Below are positions 1 to 10,437 of a stretch of DNA of 64,000 nt, one piece after another (within the stretch, counting starts at the first letter, position 1; every line of letters begins with the position of its first letter). Position numbers and translations under genes: made by a program. The notes under the pieces were generated by a model. That model did no database searches and was not told the DNA's origin. It was given only the letters and a program-made list of their open reading frames with translations. The stretch is from an uncultured Chloroflexia bacterium (GTDB lineage: Bacteria; Chloroflexota; Anaerolineae; Promineifilales; Promineifilaceae), in contig CAVTPP010000005.1 in assembly GCA_963736615.1 (NCBI GenBank), forward strand, positions 138,473 to 202,472. The letters run 5' to 3'.

Positions 1-55
1 AAGGTTCAACCTGTCACCAATTACCTCCAATATATTAACGTCCCCATCCCGTCGA

Positions 56-1333
56 TTGGCTGCGCACCTACCCTTTTATTATGGCTGGGTTATGCTGCCG
101 ATTGCCATGTTGGCTGCCATTGCCACCAGCCCAGCGCAAACCTTTGGCATATCCGTCTTTAATCCCTCCTTTCGATCATCTTTGGGATTGAGCCACAGCC
201 AGCTAACTGGCGCCTATATGGTCGGCACGTTATTGGCGGCGCTGCCTCAACCATATATCGGCGGCTTGATGGACCGCTTTGGCATTCGCCGGGTCATGTT
301 TTTTATTGTCATTTTGCTGGGTCTGGCCTGCATTTTTATGTCCCAGGTGCAAAATCTTGCGATGCTGTTCCTGGCTTTCTTCCTCCTGCGCATGTTGGGT
401 CAAGGGGCGCTCTCCTTGATGGCGAACAACACATTGGCCATGTGGTTTCAAGTTCGGCTGGGGACAGTGGCCGGCATTATGAGTGCCGGTGTGGCCGGTT
501 CGATCGCCTTGGTTCCCCCGATGATATTGGTGTTGATAAACCAATTAGATTGGCGTGGAACTTACGTTGTGCTGGGCGTGATGGTGTGGTTGGTCATGCT
601 GCCGCTGCTGCTGCTGTTTTATCGCAACCGGCCGGAAGACGTGGGACAGACTCTTGACGGCCGTTCTTATACAGCTGCGGCTGTCCCCAGCGTAGAAACA
701 GAAGAAGCAGTTTCTTTCAGCCTGAAAGAGGCGCGACACACCCGAGCCTACTGGATATTGATGATCTTATCTGCATCCATGGGCCTGATTGTAACGGCCG
801 TCTTCTTCAATATCGTACCGATCTTTACCAACCAAGGGTTAACTGACGCCAATGCCGCAGCTACTTTTACCACCCTGGCTTTGGCATTAGGCGCGATGCA
901 GTTGATTGGCGGCGTGTTGGCCGATCGTATTCGTTTGAATTGGTTGGCTGCTATAAGTACGGCTTTTATTACGGCTGGTATTTGGATACTCAGTCGAGCT
1001 GACTCTGTCATGTTAGCCCAAGTTTATGCCCTGCTCATTGGCATCGGGCAGGGGTTATTTGGAGCAGTGAGCAATACGGTGTGGGTTCGGTATTTCGGCC
1101 GTGCCCATCTGGGGCGCATTCGTGGAAATGTGGCCATGGCGATGGTGGCGGGCAGCAGTGCAGGCCCTTTTATTATGGGCGCAACCTATGATCTCTTCGG
1201 CAGTTACCAATTCTCCTTAAATATGTTCATCATCTTCCTCATTCCCCTGGCCATCGCTACTTTGTGGGCTACCCCTCCCGTATTATCGAATAATAAGACA
1301 ACGGTGGCGGCCAGTGAAATCCAGCGTCGGTAA
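56..1333 (+). CDS. MFS-family transporter
   Basis: 425-aa ORF with about 12 hydrophobic spans and the MFS loop signature GGLMDRFGIRR. TTG start at 56; alternative ATG at 92. Confidence 0.8.
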   Translation: MAAHLPFYYGWVMLPIAMLAAIATSPAQTFGISVFNPSFRSSLGLSHSQLTGAYMVGTLLAALPQPYIGGLMDRFGIRRVMFFIVILLGLACIFMSQVQNLAMLFLAFFLLRMLGQGALSLMANNTLAMWFQVRLGTVAGIMSAGVAGSIALVPPMILVLINQLDWRGTYVVLGVMVWLVMLPLLLLFYRNRPEDVGQTLDGRSYTAAAVPSVETEEAVSFSLKEARHTRAYWILMILSASMGLIVTAVFFNIVPIFTNQGLTDANAAATFTTLALALGAMQLIGGVLADRIRLNWLAAISTAFITAGIWILSRADSVMLAQVYALLIGIGQGLFGAVSNTVWVRYFGRAHLGRIRGNVAMAMVAGSSAGPFIMGATYDLFGSYQFSLNMFIIFLIPLAIATLWATPPVLSNNKTTVAASEIQRR

Positions 1334-1390
1334 ACATCGCAAATTTATGTTAAAATAAAGTCAAGTTAAGGTTTCTAGTAGGAGACAGAA

Positions 1391-1837
1391 ATGGCAAACG
1401 TAACAGAACCAGAAGTGTATATGGAACGGGTAGGGGATGTTTTAGGGGATGAGTTTGTTGATGGAAAATTCCAGCCTTTGCCGGATGTTTCATCTTTAGA
1501 TGAAGCCAATTTGCAAAAGGAAAAGATTTATCAGCAGCAAGAGCAGCTAAAACAAATCAAGGCAGAGATCGATCAGAATAAGGAGTATATCCGCGAAGGT
1601 TACAGAGAAGCCTCTGATAATGTCAAGCCACCTAAACGAGGCTATTGGGCAGGCATTTCTGCAGGCTTGTTTGGCAGAAGAGACAAGGACATAAAAAGAC
1701 AAAAGGAAGGTCTAGGTCACGGGCAAGAAATTGCATTAGAACCTTTCAATCAGGTCCAACAAACAATTGACGATCTGCTTACACAGCTAGATGATGCAGA
1801 GTTGACGCTAACTGACTATATAGAGGAAAACAAGTAA
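1391..1837 (+). CDS. hypothetical protein with a Gln/Glu/Lys-rich coiled-coil-like centre
   Basis: 148-aa ORF with an AGGAG RBS 6 nt upstream of the ATG. About 35-40% GC. No family recognised. Confidence 0.55.
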   Translation: MANVTEPEVYMERVGDVLGDEFVDGKFQPLPDVSSLDEANLQKEKIYQQQEQLKQIKAEIDQNKEYIREGYREASDNVKPPKRGYWAGISAGLFGRRDKDIKRQKEGLGHGQEIALEPFNQVQQTIDDLLTQLDDAELTLTDYIEENK

Positions 1838-1934
1838 CAGTAGGTTATCATTGGCTAGCATATCCTTTTGTTGTTAAATTCCAATCAGCACCCTTAGATT
1901 TTTTAGAATATTGACAAATCCAAATGCAATTAAT

Positions 1935-1992
1935 AGAATGTATACAAATGTACACAATTTATACATGTTCAACATGGTGATATGTATACTGC
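1935..1992. promoter_or_regulatory. cluster of TGTAyACA-like palindromic sites (candidate GntR/AraR-type operators) upstream of the regulator gene
   Basis: TGTATACA at 1939-1946 (perfect palindrome), TGTACACA at 1949-1956, TATACATG at 1960-1967, ATGTATAC at 1982-1989. GntR-family operators usually carry GT-N-AC cores. Confidence 0.3.
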
Positions 1993-2000
1993 CTATTTAA

Positions 2001-3173
2001 TTGCAGCTCATGAGTATTAAACCACTTTCTGATTATGACTTGCTTCCAGTCTACATGCGTGTAACTGAAGATTTACGGTCAAAATTAGGAACGCCAGGGT
2101 TCGAATTCGGTTCATACCTGCCGGGTGAATATGAAATTGCCACCCAATATAATCTCAGCAGGGGAACAATTCGCCGAGCATTAGGCATCCTCGAAGCTGA
2201 AGGATTGTTAAGCAGGCAACCTGGGCGCGGCACCCTGATTCTGTCACCTTCAGAACCTGAATCAGGACCAAGATCAAAAGTTGCTGTTGTGTGGACAATG
2301 ATGCGGTGGCTTGGTTTAGAGATGTTCAGTGCACTTGAAGAACATCTTTCTGCTGCTAACTGCGATATTCTTATCAGCTCATCGAAACATGACCATCACA
2401 AAGAGATTGAAATCCTCAATGGATTGCTTTATTCTGAGGTTGACGCCGTTGTCTTGTACAGCACAGGACACCCCTGCACTTATTCAATAATTCAACAACT
2501 GCAAGATCATGGAAAACCAGTTGTGTTGCTAGATCGGTTTGTTCAAGATCAGTGCGATAAATTAAGCTGGGTAACGTCTGAAAATGAGCAGGGAGCCTAT
2601 GAGCTTACGAGTCATCTGATTGAGCTTGGGCATAAGCGAATTGGCATGATTATGCGCACGCCGGAGAATGGGCAAATCAGCACACTAATTGAACGCGAGC
2701 AAGGTTATATAAAAGCAATGAACGAAGCGGGATTAGAAAACATGCTCATGAAAAAATGCGAGGTGCCCGAGGATCAGCTTAACGAGTCTGCTTTTGGCAA
2801 AGATTTGCTTGATTTCATCATATCACGTCAACCGACCGCTATTTTCTTCCATAATGATGCGTCTGCCTATCGTATGTACACAGTGCTAAATCAAAATGGA
2901 ATTCGGGTACCACAAGACATTTCCATTGCTGGATTTGATGGCTTAAACCTGGACTACGATCTCTCGTCCTTCCATTTGACAACAGTGGAACAGGACTTTC
3001 CAGGTCTGGGAACTGAGATTGGAAAACTGATTCTATCATTTATTCGGAATCCTAGTCGTCAAGTCAAGCAGATAAGGCTTTCCACTAAACTTCGTGTGGG
3101 AAATACGACTGCCCCTCCCCGGCAAGATGCAGAGTCTCGAAAACTAATGCCTCAAGATCCAGGAGCTGACTAA
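2001..3173 (+). CDS. AraR-type transcriptional regulator (N-terminal GntR winged-HTH plus C-terminal LacI/periplasmic-binding-like sugar sensor)
   Basis: HTH segment EIATQYNLSRGTIRRALGILEAEGLLSRQPGRGT followed by a ~280-aa LacI-type ligand domain. TTG start at 2001; ATG alternative at 2010. Confidence 0.8.
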   Translation: MQLMSIKPLSDYDLLPVYMRVTEDLRSKLGTPGFEFGSYLPGEYEIATQYNLSRGTIRRALGILEAEGLLSRQPGRGTLILSPSEPESGPRSKVAVVWTMMRWLGLEMFSALEEHLSAANCDILISSSKHDHHKEIEILNGLLYSEVDAVVLYSTGHPCTYSIIQQLQDHGKPVVLLDRFVQDQCDKLSWVTSENEQGAYELTSHLIELGHKRIGMIMRTPENGQISTLIEREQGYIKAMNEAGLENMLMKKCEVPEDQLNESAFGKDLLDFIISRQPTAIFFHNDASAYRMYTVLNQNGIRVPQDISIAGFDGLNLDYDLSSFHLTTVEQDFPGLGTEIGKLILSFIRNPSRQVKQIRLSTKLRVGNTTAPPRQDAESRKLMPQDPGAD

Positions 3174-3404
3174 CGGTCCCACATTATCTCTACTTCAAAT
3201 TATTCAGGGGGTGTCATTGGACGTGGAATACTGCGAGGGATTGCTTTGCCAAATGATTCCAGTAAGGTGGCCAGAAAATTGCAGTTTTAACCCCAATCAA
3301 TAGGCGTACGCCGTCCTTTCACTGCTGCGATGGATTTGTTTCAAATGGGCAGGATGGGGGACCTTAAGCGTGATTCACAAAGAATAACGGGAAGAATGTT
3401 GTAA

Positions 3405-4391
3405 TTGAACCAAATGGTGAATATCCCGAATATCGGGGGAATTTCGAACGAATCGGGTTTTAAACTGCTGGAGAAAACCAGCAATGGTGAGTTTTCAGTT
3501 GGGCAGAATGGCGTAAAGGCCATTGCCGCGACGGGCGACGGTAAGGTGGAGTTTATCTGCTTTGATGACAAGTCGCTGGCGTTTGTGAATTCGGGCATGG
3601 GTTATCCGGCCTACTATCCCGTCTACGACGTCGAAATGAAAAAGCCGGTCAAGGCGGTGTTGATGGATCTGGATGGAACGACTGTGCGTTCCGAAGAATT
3701 CTGGATCTGGATCATTGAAAAAACCACGGCCAGTCTGCTGGACAATCCTGGCTTTCAACTCGAAGAGGCGGATATCCCGTTTGTTTCCGGCCACAGCGTT
3801 TCAGAGCATTTGACACATTGCATCAATAAATACTGTCCTGAGAAGACGGTTGAAGAGGCGCGCGACTTCTATTTTCAGCACACCCACTTCGAAATGAACG
3901 AAATCATGGCAGGGCGCGGCAAACCCAATGCCTTTACACCGACCGAAGGGATTGCGGAATTCCTTTACAAGCTCAAGGAGCAGGACATCAAGATCGGGCT
4001 GGTGACCTCCGGCCTCTATGAAAAAGCATGGCCGGAAATCCTTGACGCCTTCAAGACGCTCGGCATGGGCGATCCGAAGGAGTTCTACGACGCGATCATC
4101 ACTGCCGGCTTCCCGCTGCGCAAGGGCAGTCCCGGAACACTGGGCGAGCTTTCGCCCAAGCCGCATCCGTGGCTGTATGCCGAAACCGCCCGCGTCGGGC
4201 TCGGTATCGAGTTTGCCGACCGCAACTCGGTCGTCGGCATCGAAGACAGCGGGGCGGGGGTTTGTTCCATTCGCCTGGCGGGCTATCCAACCATTGGGAT
4301 CGGCGGCGGCAATATTATCGAAAGCGGCACGCAGGAGCTGTGCTGCCACTATTGTGAAAACTTTGAGGAAATTGCGGAGATCATTCTATGA
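3405..4391 (+). CDS. HAD-superfamily hydrolase (beta-phosphoglucomutase/phosphatase-like)
   Basis: DxDGT motif (LMDLDGTT) and motif IV GIEDSGAG. The start is uncertain: TTG 3405, ATG 3414, or ATG 3636 (MKKPVKAVLMDLDGT). The stop overlaps the next gene's start (ATGA). Confidence 0.8.
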   Translation: MNQMVNIPNIGGISNESGFKLLEKTSNGEFSVGQNGVKAIAATGDGKVEFICFDDKSLAFVNSGMGYPAYYPVYDVEMKKPVKAVLMDLDGTTVRSEEFWIWIIEKTTASLLDNPGFQLEEADIPFVSGHSVSEHLTHCINKYCPEKTVEEARDFYFQHTHFEMNEIMAGRGKPNAFTPTEGIAEFLYKLKEQDIKIGLVTSGLYEKAWPEILDAFKTLGMGDPKEFYDAIITAGFPLRKGSPGTLGELSPKPHPWLYAETARVGLGIEFADRNSVVGIEDSGAGVCSIRLAGYPTIGIGGGNIIESGTQELCCHYCENFEEIAEIIL

Positions 4392-7298
4392 GCATGACAG
4401 TTACCAAGACAGTAGACCAGGTCGCAGGCACGGCGCAGCAAGCAGATGCCAAGATGCCGGAATGCCACTTTATTTCAAACACGCACTGGGACCGCGAGTG
4501 GCGCTACTCCATGCAGCGCACCCGCCACATGCTGGTCTACATGCTCGATATGCTGCTCGATATCCTTGAAAAGGAGCCGGAATTCCAGTCATTCCACATG
4601 GACTCGCAGACGATCCCGCTGCAGGATTATCTCGAAATCCGTCCGGAACGCCGCGAGCAGGTGATCAAGTTCATCAAGGAAGGCCGTTTCCTGATTGGTC
4701 CGTGGTTCGTGCTGCCCGACGAGTTTTGCGTCGGTGGTGAATCGCTCGTCCGCAACCTGCTGCTGGGCCACCGCCAGGCCAAGGAACTCGGTGGTGTCAG
4801 CAAGACCGGCTATTCGCCGTTCGGCTGGGGGCAGATCTCGCAAATGCCGCAGCTCTACAAGGGCTTCGGCATTCCGTTCGCCTCGTTCTATCGCGGCGTC
4901 AACACCGACGTCGCGCCGAACTCCGAGTTCCGCTGGCAGTCGCCCGACGGCACCGAGATCGTCGGGTCGCGCCTGGCCCAGCGCCCGCGCTACAACGTCT
5001 GGTATGTCGTGCAGCGCCCGGCTTATTTCAACCGCGAAGACGAAAACGCACGTCTCGCGCATTGGAACAACGGCGGCGGGCCGTTCCGTCTGGCCGACGG
5101 CGAGTTCAACGAAATCGACATGCGTTATGCCCGCCCCGAGTTCAACTACTACGAGGAAAACGTGCCCGCCCGTGCCTTGCAGGCATTGGAGGAGCAGGAC
5201 GGCGAATGGACCACCGAGCACCGCTTCTGGTCCTGCGGTCACGACTCCTCCTGCCCGGACATCCGCGAAGTGCGCATGATCAAGGATTGCGCCAAGGCGC
5301 TCGAAGGCAAGGCCGACGTATTCCACAGCACCTTCGCCGACTTCCAGCAGGGCGTGGTTGAATCCGCCTCCGAGGATCTGCCGCTGACCGTCGGCGAAAT
5401 GCGCTATTACTACACCGAAGGCTCCTCCTCGGTGCTGTTCGGCTGGATCACCTCCGCCCGCATGGACGTGAAGAAGATCAACTACTGCACCGAGCGCCTG
5501 CTCGGCGACTATGCCGAGCCGATGGCCGGTTTTGCCTCGATGGCCGGCGCGGCCTATCCGCGCGGTTTCCTCGACGAGGCGTGGAACCAGCTCCTGCAGA
5601 ACCACGGCCACGACTCCATCGGCTGCTGCAGCCGCGATGTGGTGCCGCAGGACATGCTCTTCCGCTACCGCCAGGCCAACGAAATCAGCACCTGCGTCAT
5701 GGAGCAGGCCTTTGCCGATATTGCCGGCGCGATCGATATGTCGGATTACGCCAAGGACGATGTCGCCGTGGTGGCGTGGAACGCCCTGCCGCAATCCCGC
5801 ACCGAGATCGCCGAACTGGTGGTCGACATCCCGAAGGACCTCGGCGCCGAGGATTTCCGCCTCGTCGATGCCGACGGCGAGGAGGTTCCGTTCCAGCCGC
5901 TGGAATCGAGCGACCGCTACACCGTCATCCAGAATCCGAACGACTGCGCCGACATGATGGCCATGGAGCGCCAGCGCTTCTACGCCGAACTGCCGGAGCT
6001 TCCGGGATCGGGCTACAAGACATTCTTCGTCAAACCGCTCGACAGAGAAGAAGCGCACGCTGACCCGCACCATCGTCGGCAAGACCAACGGCATGGAAAA
6101 CGAGTTTCTTTCCGTGGTCATCCAGCCCAACGGCGCGCTTTCCGTCACCGACAAGCTGACCGGCCGCAGTTGGACCGATCTCGGTTATTTCCGCGACTGC
6201 TCCGAAATCGGCAATCCGTGGGAGCACATCGGCGTGCCGTACGACGAAGTGCTCAACACGCTCGGCGAAAAGGCACGCATTGCCCGCGTGTTGTCCGGCG
6301 AGCTGGTCACCACCTACAAAGTCGAGCTCGACTGGGAACTGCCGCGCGGGCGCAGCGCCGATGAAAAGAGCCGCTCCGCCGACCGGGTGCCGTACAAGAT
6401 CGTCAACATGGTCACCCTGCGCAAGGGACAGCCGTGGGTGGAGATCGAAACCACCATCGTGAACAATGCGGAAGACCACTACCTGCAGGTTTCCTTCCCG
6501 ACCAATGTCGAATCCGAAACCACGATTGCCTCGACGCCGTTCGACGTGGTGGAACGCAGCATGAAGCTGCCCGATCCCGGCAAATACGACGAAGATCTTC
6601 AGACCGAGCACCCGATGGATCGTTTCGTCGCCATCGAGGACGGCAAGGCCGGCGTCGCGCTGCTCAATGAAGGCCTCAAGGCCTACGAGCCGCACGATGA
6701 CGACGACCAGACGCTCAGCCTGACCATGCTGCGCTGCTTCCCGCTGCGCATCTGCATCACCAACCTGGAGATGACCGACTACAGCAACCAGGACAACGGT
6801 TCGCAGTGTCTCGGCACGCACACCTTCAAGTATGCGTTCATGCCGTATTCGGGAACGGTCGAGACCGCCGGGATCTGGCAGGCCGCCGAGCGCTTCAACC
6901 ATGCTGTGCGTGTGGCGCAGATCGGCCCGTCGGCTGGCGGCAAGCTGCCGCTGGCGCACTCGTTCCTCGAAGTTGAAAACGAGGCCCTCCACGTCAGCGC
7001 CGTCAAGCAGAGCGAAAACGGCGAAGGCTGGGTGGTCCGCCTGTTCAATCCGACCGATAGAACGCTCAGCGGCAAGATCAGCCTCAACGGCGGCAAGGTG
7101 CCGCCGGAGGCGCTGTCGCCCGTTGAGCGTCAGGCCGCCAACTTTGCGCTGCCCGCCGATACCGGGAAGAAGTGGAGCAAGGCGCGGCTTGTCGATCTCG
7201 AAGAGCTGGAAACCGAAGCGCTCGCACTCGATGCCGACGGCGCGGTCAGTCTGGACATCACGAAGAAGAAGATCGTCACGATCGAATTTCTTCCGTAA
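4388..7298 (+). pseudogene. GH38 alpha-mannosidase-like glycoside hydrolase (~970 aa) with one frameshift near 6044-6047
   Basis: N-terminal HFISNTHWDREW motif. ORF 4388-6364 is protein-like only up to ...FFVKPLD. The sequence continues as EKKRTLTRTIVGKTNGMENEFLSVV in the frame of ORF 6093-7298. GC is about 63-65%. Confidence 0.8.
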
Positions 7299-7362
7299 AC
7301 AAAATTGTGGTTCATCTTCTCGATTAGCCTAAATTCATTGTCGATTTATATAGGAGGAACGT

Positions 7363-8272
7363 ATGTCTTTGCCAAAGAAAACACTCGGACGCACCGGTTT
7401 AAAGGTGACACAACTCAGTTACGGAGCGATGGAGATTCGTGGGAATCGTATTTGGGGTGGGCGACCCTGTACACCTGAACAAGCTGATACCATTCTCAAT
7501 ACAGTAGTTGATGCTGGAATCAACTTTATCGATACGGCGAATGATTACGGAACTAGCGAACTCTTTATCGGGCGCTTTCTTGCAGAACGTCGTGACGAAT
7601 ACTATCTCGCGACGAAATGTGGATGCACCGTCGTTTTTGCCGGCGATCATGACGAAACACCCCATGTCTGGACACGGGATAACATCATGCGCAATATCGC
7701 CGATTCTCTGCCAGAAGATGCAAACTGATTATGTCGATATTCTTCAATTGCACAACCCTGATGTTAAAACTGCTGAAGACAATAATCTGGTTGATATATT
7801 GAACGAACTCAAAGATTCAGGAGTGGTCAAACATATTGGCTGTTCATCGACTTCACCACATCTCAAGACTTACATCGATTGGAATGTTTTTGATGTCTTT
7901 CAGATACCATATTCTGCATTAGAACGTCAGCACGAAAACCTTATTACTAAAGCCGCGGAAGCGGGGGCAGGTATTATCATTCGTGGAGGTGTGGCACGGG
8001 GTGAGCCCGGTAGTGGCCTCGGCAGTCAAGATCGTTGGAGAGTCTATGAAGACGCCCATCTCGACGAGTTGCGTGAGGAAGGCGAAAGCCGGACAGCTTT
8101 TTTACTCCGATTCACGTTAAGTCATCCTTATTGCCATACAACTATCGTTGGTACAATGAACCCCGAACACCTGCGTGAGAATATCGAAATCGCCAGCCAA
8201 GGGGCATTACCAGCCGATGTTTACAAAGAAGCCAAGAAACGGTTGGACGAAGTAGGGCACAGCCCAGAGTAA
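7363..8272 (+). pseudogene. aldo/keto reductase with one frameshift near 7708-7712
   Basis: GINFIDTANDYG and ATKCG lie in frame 1. QKMQTDYVDILQLHNP...IIRGG...TIVGT lie in frame 2. The junction reads ctg-c-cag. GGAGG RBS upstream of the ATG. Confidence 0.8.
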
Positions 8273-8361
8273 CATAAGCTGAAATTGTTTCATGGTTGGA
8301 TGTTTACTAACATTCAACTACGTCTAGTTACCCAACCGATTCTGATTTCTGAGAGACAACA

Positions 8362-9493
8362 ATGAGAAATATCTTCACCCCTCCCCCCTGGCTCGACGCC
8401 GCCCTCGAGTTCTGCTTTGACAAAACGCGCCATAATCTGGCCAATCTCGCTACTTTTCCCGAACGAACCGAAGATGGCCAGTGGGTGCAGATACCTCCCG
8501 ACTTGCATGGCTGGTGGGTGGGTGGGCATTGGGTTGGACTGCTCTGGCTGGCTTACGCTGCCACCGGTGATCCATCGCTTGAGGCCGCTGCCCGCGATTG
8601 GGCGAATCGCCTGCTTCCCGGCCTGCACGATCAAGCCGATCACGATCTGGGTTTTCTCTTCGAGTTGGGATTCATACTTGGCTACCAACTTGACCGGCGA
8701 TGAGGGACTCAAAACGCCCGCCTTGCAAGCCGCGGCAACGCTCAGCCGCCGCTTTAACCCTCGTGGCCAGTTCATCCAGGCCTGGGGAGCGCTCGATGCT
8801 TCGCCTGAACTGCGCGGCCGTACGATCATGGATACTATGATGAATCTTGATCTGCTTTTCTGGGCCAGCAAAGAAACTGGTGATCCAGGCTACGCAGAGA
8901 TCGCTGCCGCCCATGCCCGTACCACCCTGACTCACCACGTCCGATCGGATGGCAGCACAGCCCACGTCTGCGACTTTGACCCTGAGACGGGTGCGTTCCT
9001 CAAGCAAGACACGCACCAAGGCTTAAGCGGTACGTCCTGCTGGAGTCGCGGCCAAGCCTGGGGTGTGTATGGTTTTGCCGATTGCTACCGTGCAACCGGC
9101 GCTGCCGTCTTCTTGAATGCCAGCCGCCGCCTGACAGAATATCTCTGGCCACGTTTACCCGCCGATCTCATCCCGTTTTGGGATTTCGACAGCCCGCTCA
9201 TTCCTAACGATGTTCGCGACAGTTCGGCGGCATCAATCTTGGCAGCGGGCTTGCTCCATCTGGCATCCATCGAAGATGATCCCAAGCTGGCGCTTATCTG
9301 GCAAAACCGGGCCACGGCTATCCTCGAATCACTCTGGCAATCCTACACCAGCCGAGATAGCGGTGAAGACAGCTTGCTGCTGCACGGCACACGCTCTAAA
9401 CCCCATAACCTGATGGATCACGGCTTGATCTACGGCGATTATTACTTTGTTGAAGCGCTTATACGATTGTCAAAACCCACCTTAATTTTCTAA
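8362..9493 (+). pseudogene. GH88 unsaturated glucuronyl hydrolase with one frameshift near 8689-8693
   Basis: HDLGFLF, MMNLDLLFWAS and WSRGQAWGVYGF motifs. GYQL (frame 1) continues as TGDEGLK (frame 2). Confidence 0.8.
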
Positions 9494-9518
9494 TCACCTT
9501 ATTTTAAAGGAATCATCC

Positions 9519-10355
9519 ATGAAAAATCATACAATGCTTACATCCAAACAGGGACTCAATCCCTTGCCCTTCAATCCCTGTCAACTGCTCGATTTTAACT
9601 TCCTCAAACTGACGGGCGGCGAAAACCACAGCGCCAACAGCGGTGGTCGCGAAATCCTGGCCGTGATTTTGGGCGGCAAGGCCACCTTTACGGTCAACGG
9701 CACCACATTTGAAAAGATTGGCGGACGGCCGAATGTTTTCAGCGGCAAACCGCATTCGGTGTATATACCTGCTGGGGCGGAGTACAGCATTGAGGCTGAA
9801 GGTGCGGTGGAGATCGCCCTGCCAAGCGCCCCCAGCGATGAGAGTGATATCCAGCCTTATGTGATCGCTCCCCCGCAGGTGGCCAAGGCGTCTGGGGTGC
9901 GGCCAACTTCAAGCGCTACTACAACCAAATTCTCACCCTGGCTGCCCAGCCCGAACTGCCCGCCCGCCGCCTGATTGTTGGTGAGACTTTCACTCCCAGC
10001 GGAAACTGGAGCACCTACCCGCCGCACAAACATCAGGTGGATGATCTGCCGCGTGAGGCTTTCCATGAGGAAATGTATTACTTCAGAGTCAACCCCGGCG
10101 ATGGTTTTGGCATTTGCCACTATTACACCGAAGATGGCGATAAGATCAGCCGCGCGAAGACGAAAACTTTACAGTGCGCGACAACAGCATTCACATGATG
10201 CCGCGCGGCTACCACACCGTTGTCAGCGCCCCCGGCTACACCACATACTACCTGTGGTTCCTGGCGGGCAACCAGCGATCCAGGCCACGGTAGATGATCC
10301 AACCCTCGGCTGGGTTGCCAAGACGATCCCGATGTTGAAAGAACTGGGTCAATAG
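9519..10355 (+). pseudogene. IolB/KduI-family (PF04962-like) 5-deoxy-glucuronate / 5-keto-4-deoxyuronate isomerase with three frame changes (~9890, ~10150, ~10280)
   Basis: Reading across frames 0->2->1->0 restores WGAANFKR...LIVGETFTPSGNWSTYPPHKHQVDDLPREAFHEEMYYF...FTVRDNSIHMMPRGYHTVVSAPGYTTYYLWFLAGNQ...DDPTLGWV. This closely resembles B. subtilis IolB as I recall it. Confidence 0.8.
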
Positions 10356-10361
10356 AAAAAC

Positions 10362-10405
10362 CAGCGAAAAGCGTCAAGGACTTTTTTCCTTGACGCTTTT
10401 CGCTG
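10362..10405. terminator. bidirectional intrinsic terminator between convergent genes
   Basis: Perfect 19-bp inverted repeat, CAGCGAAAAGCGTCAAGGA (10362-10380) and TCCTTGACGCTTTTCGCTG (10387-10405), with a T-rich loop and A/T runs on both sides. Confidence 0.85.
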
Positions 10406-10437
10406 AATCATTTCGGATAAAGGATCCCTACGGGCTC

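Noticed and set aside
6030-6100. Programmed ribosomal frameshifting as the explanation for the frame breaks
   Set aside because: There are at least 29 breaks in both directions (+1 and -1), with up to 7 in one gene. I saw no slippery heptamer or downstream pseudoknot at the junctions I inspected. These enzyme families are not known to use recoding.
4589-6154. 521-aa minus-strand ORF, plus 6030-6992 (320 aa), 3801-4349 (182 aa) and several 60-190-aa ORFs in 4.0-7.3 kb
   Set aside because: They lie antisense to or out of frame with the GH38/HAD genes in ~63% GC DNA, where stop codons are rare. Their composition is Arg/Ala/Gly/Pro-rich and low-complexity, with no motifs. They are shadow ORFs.
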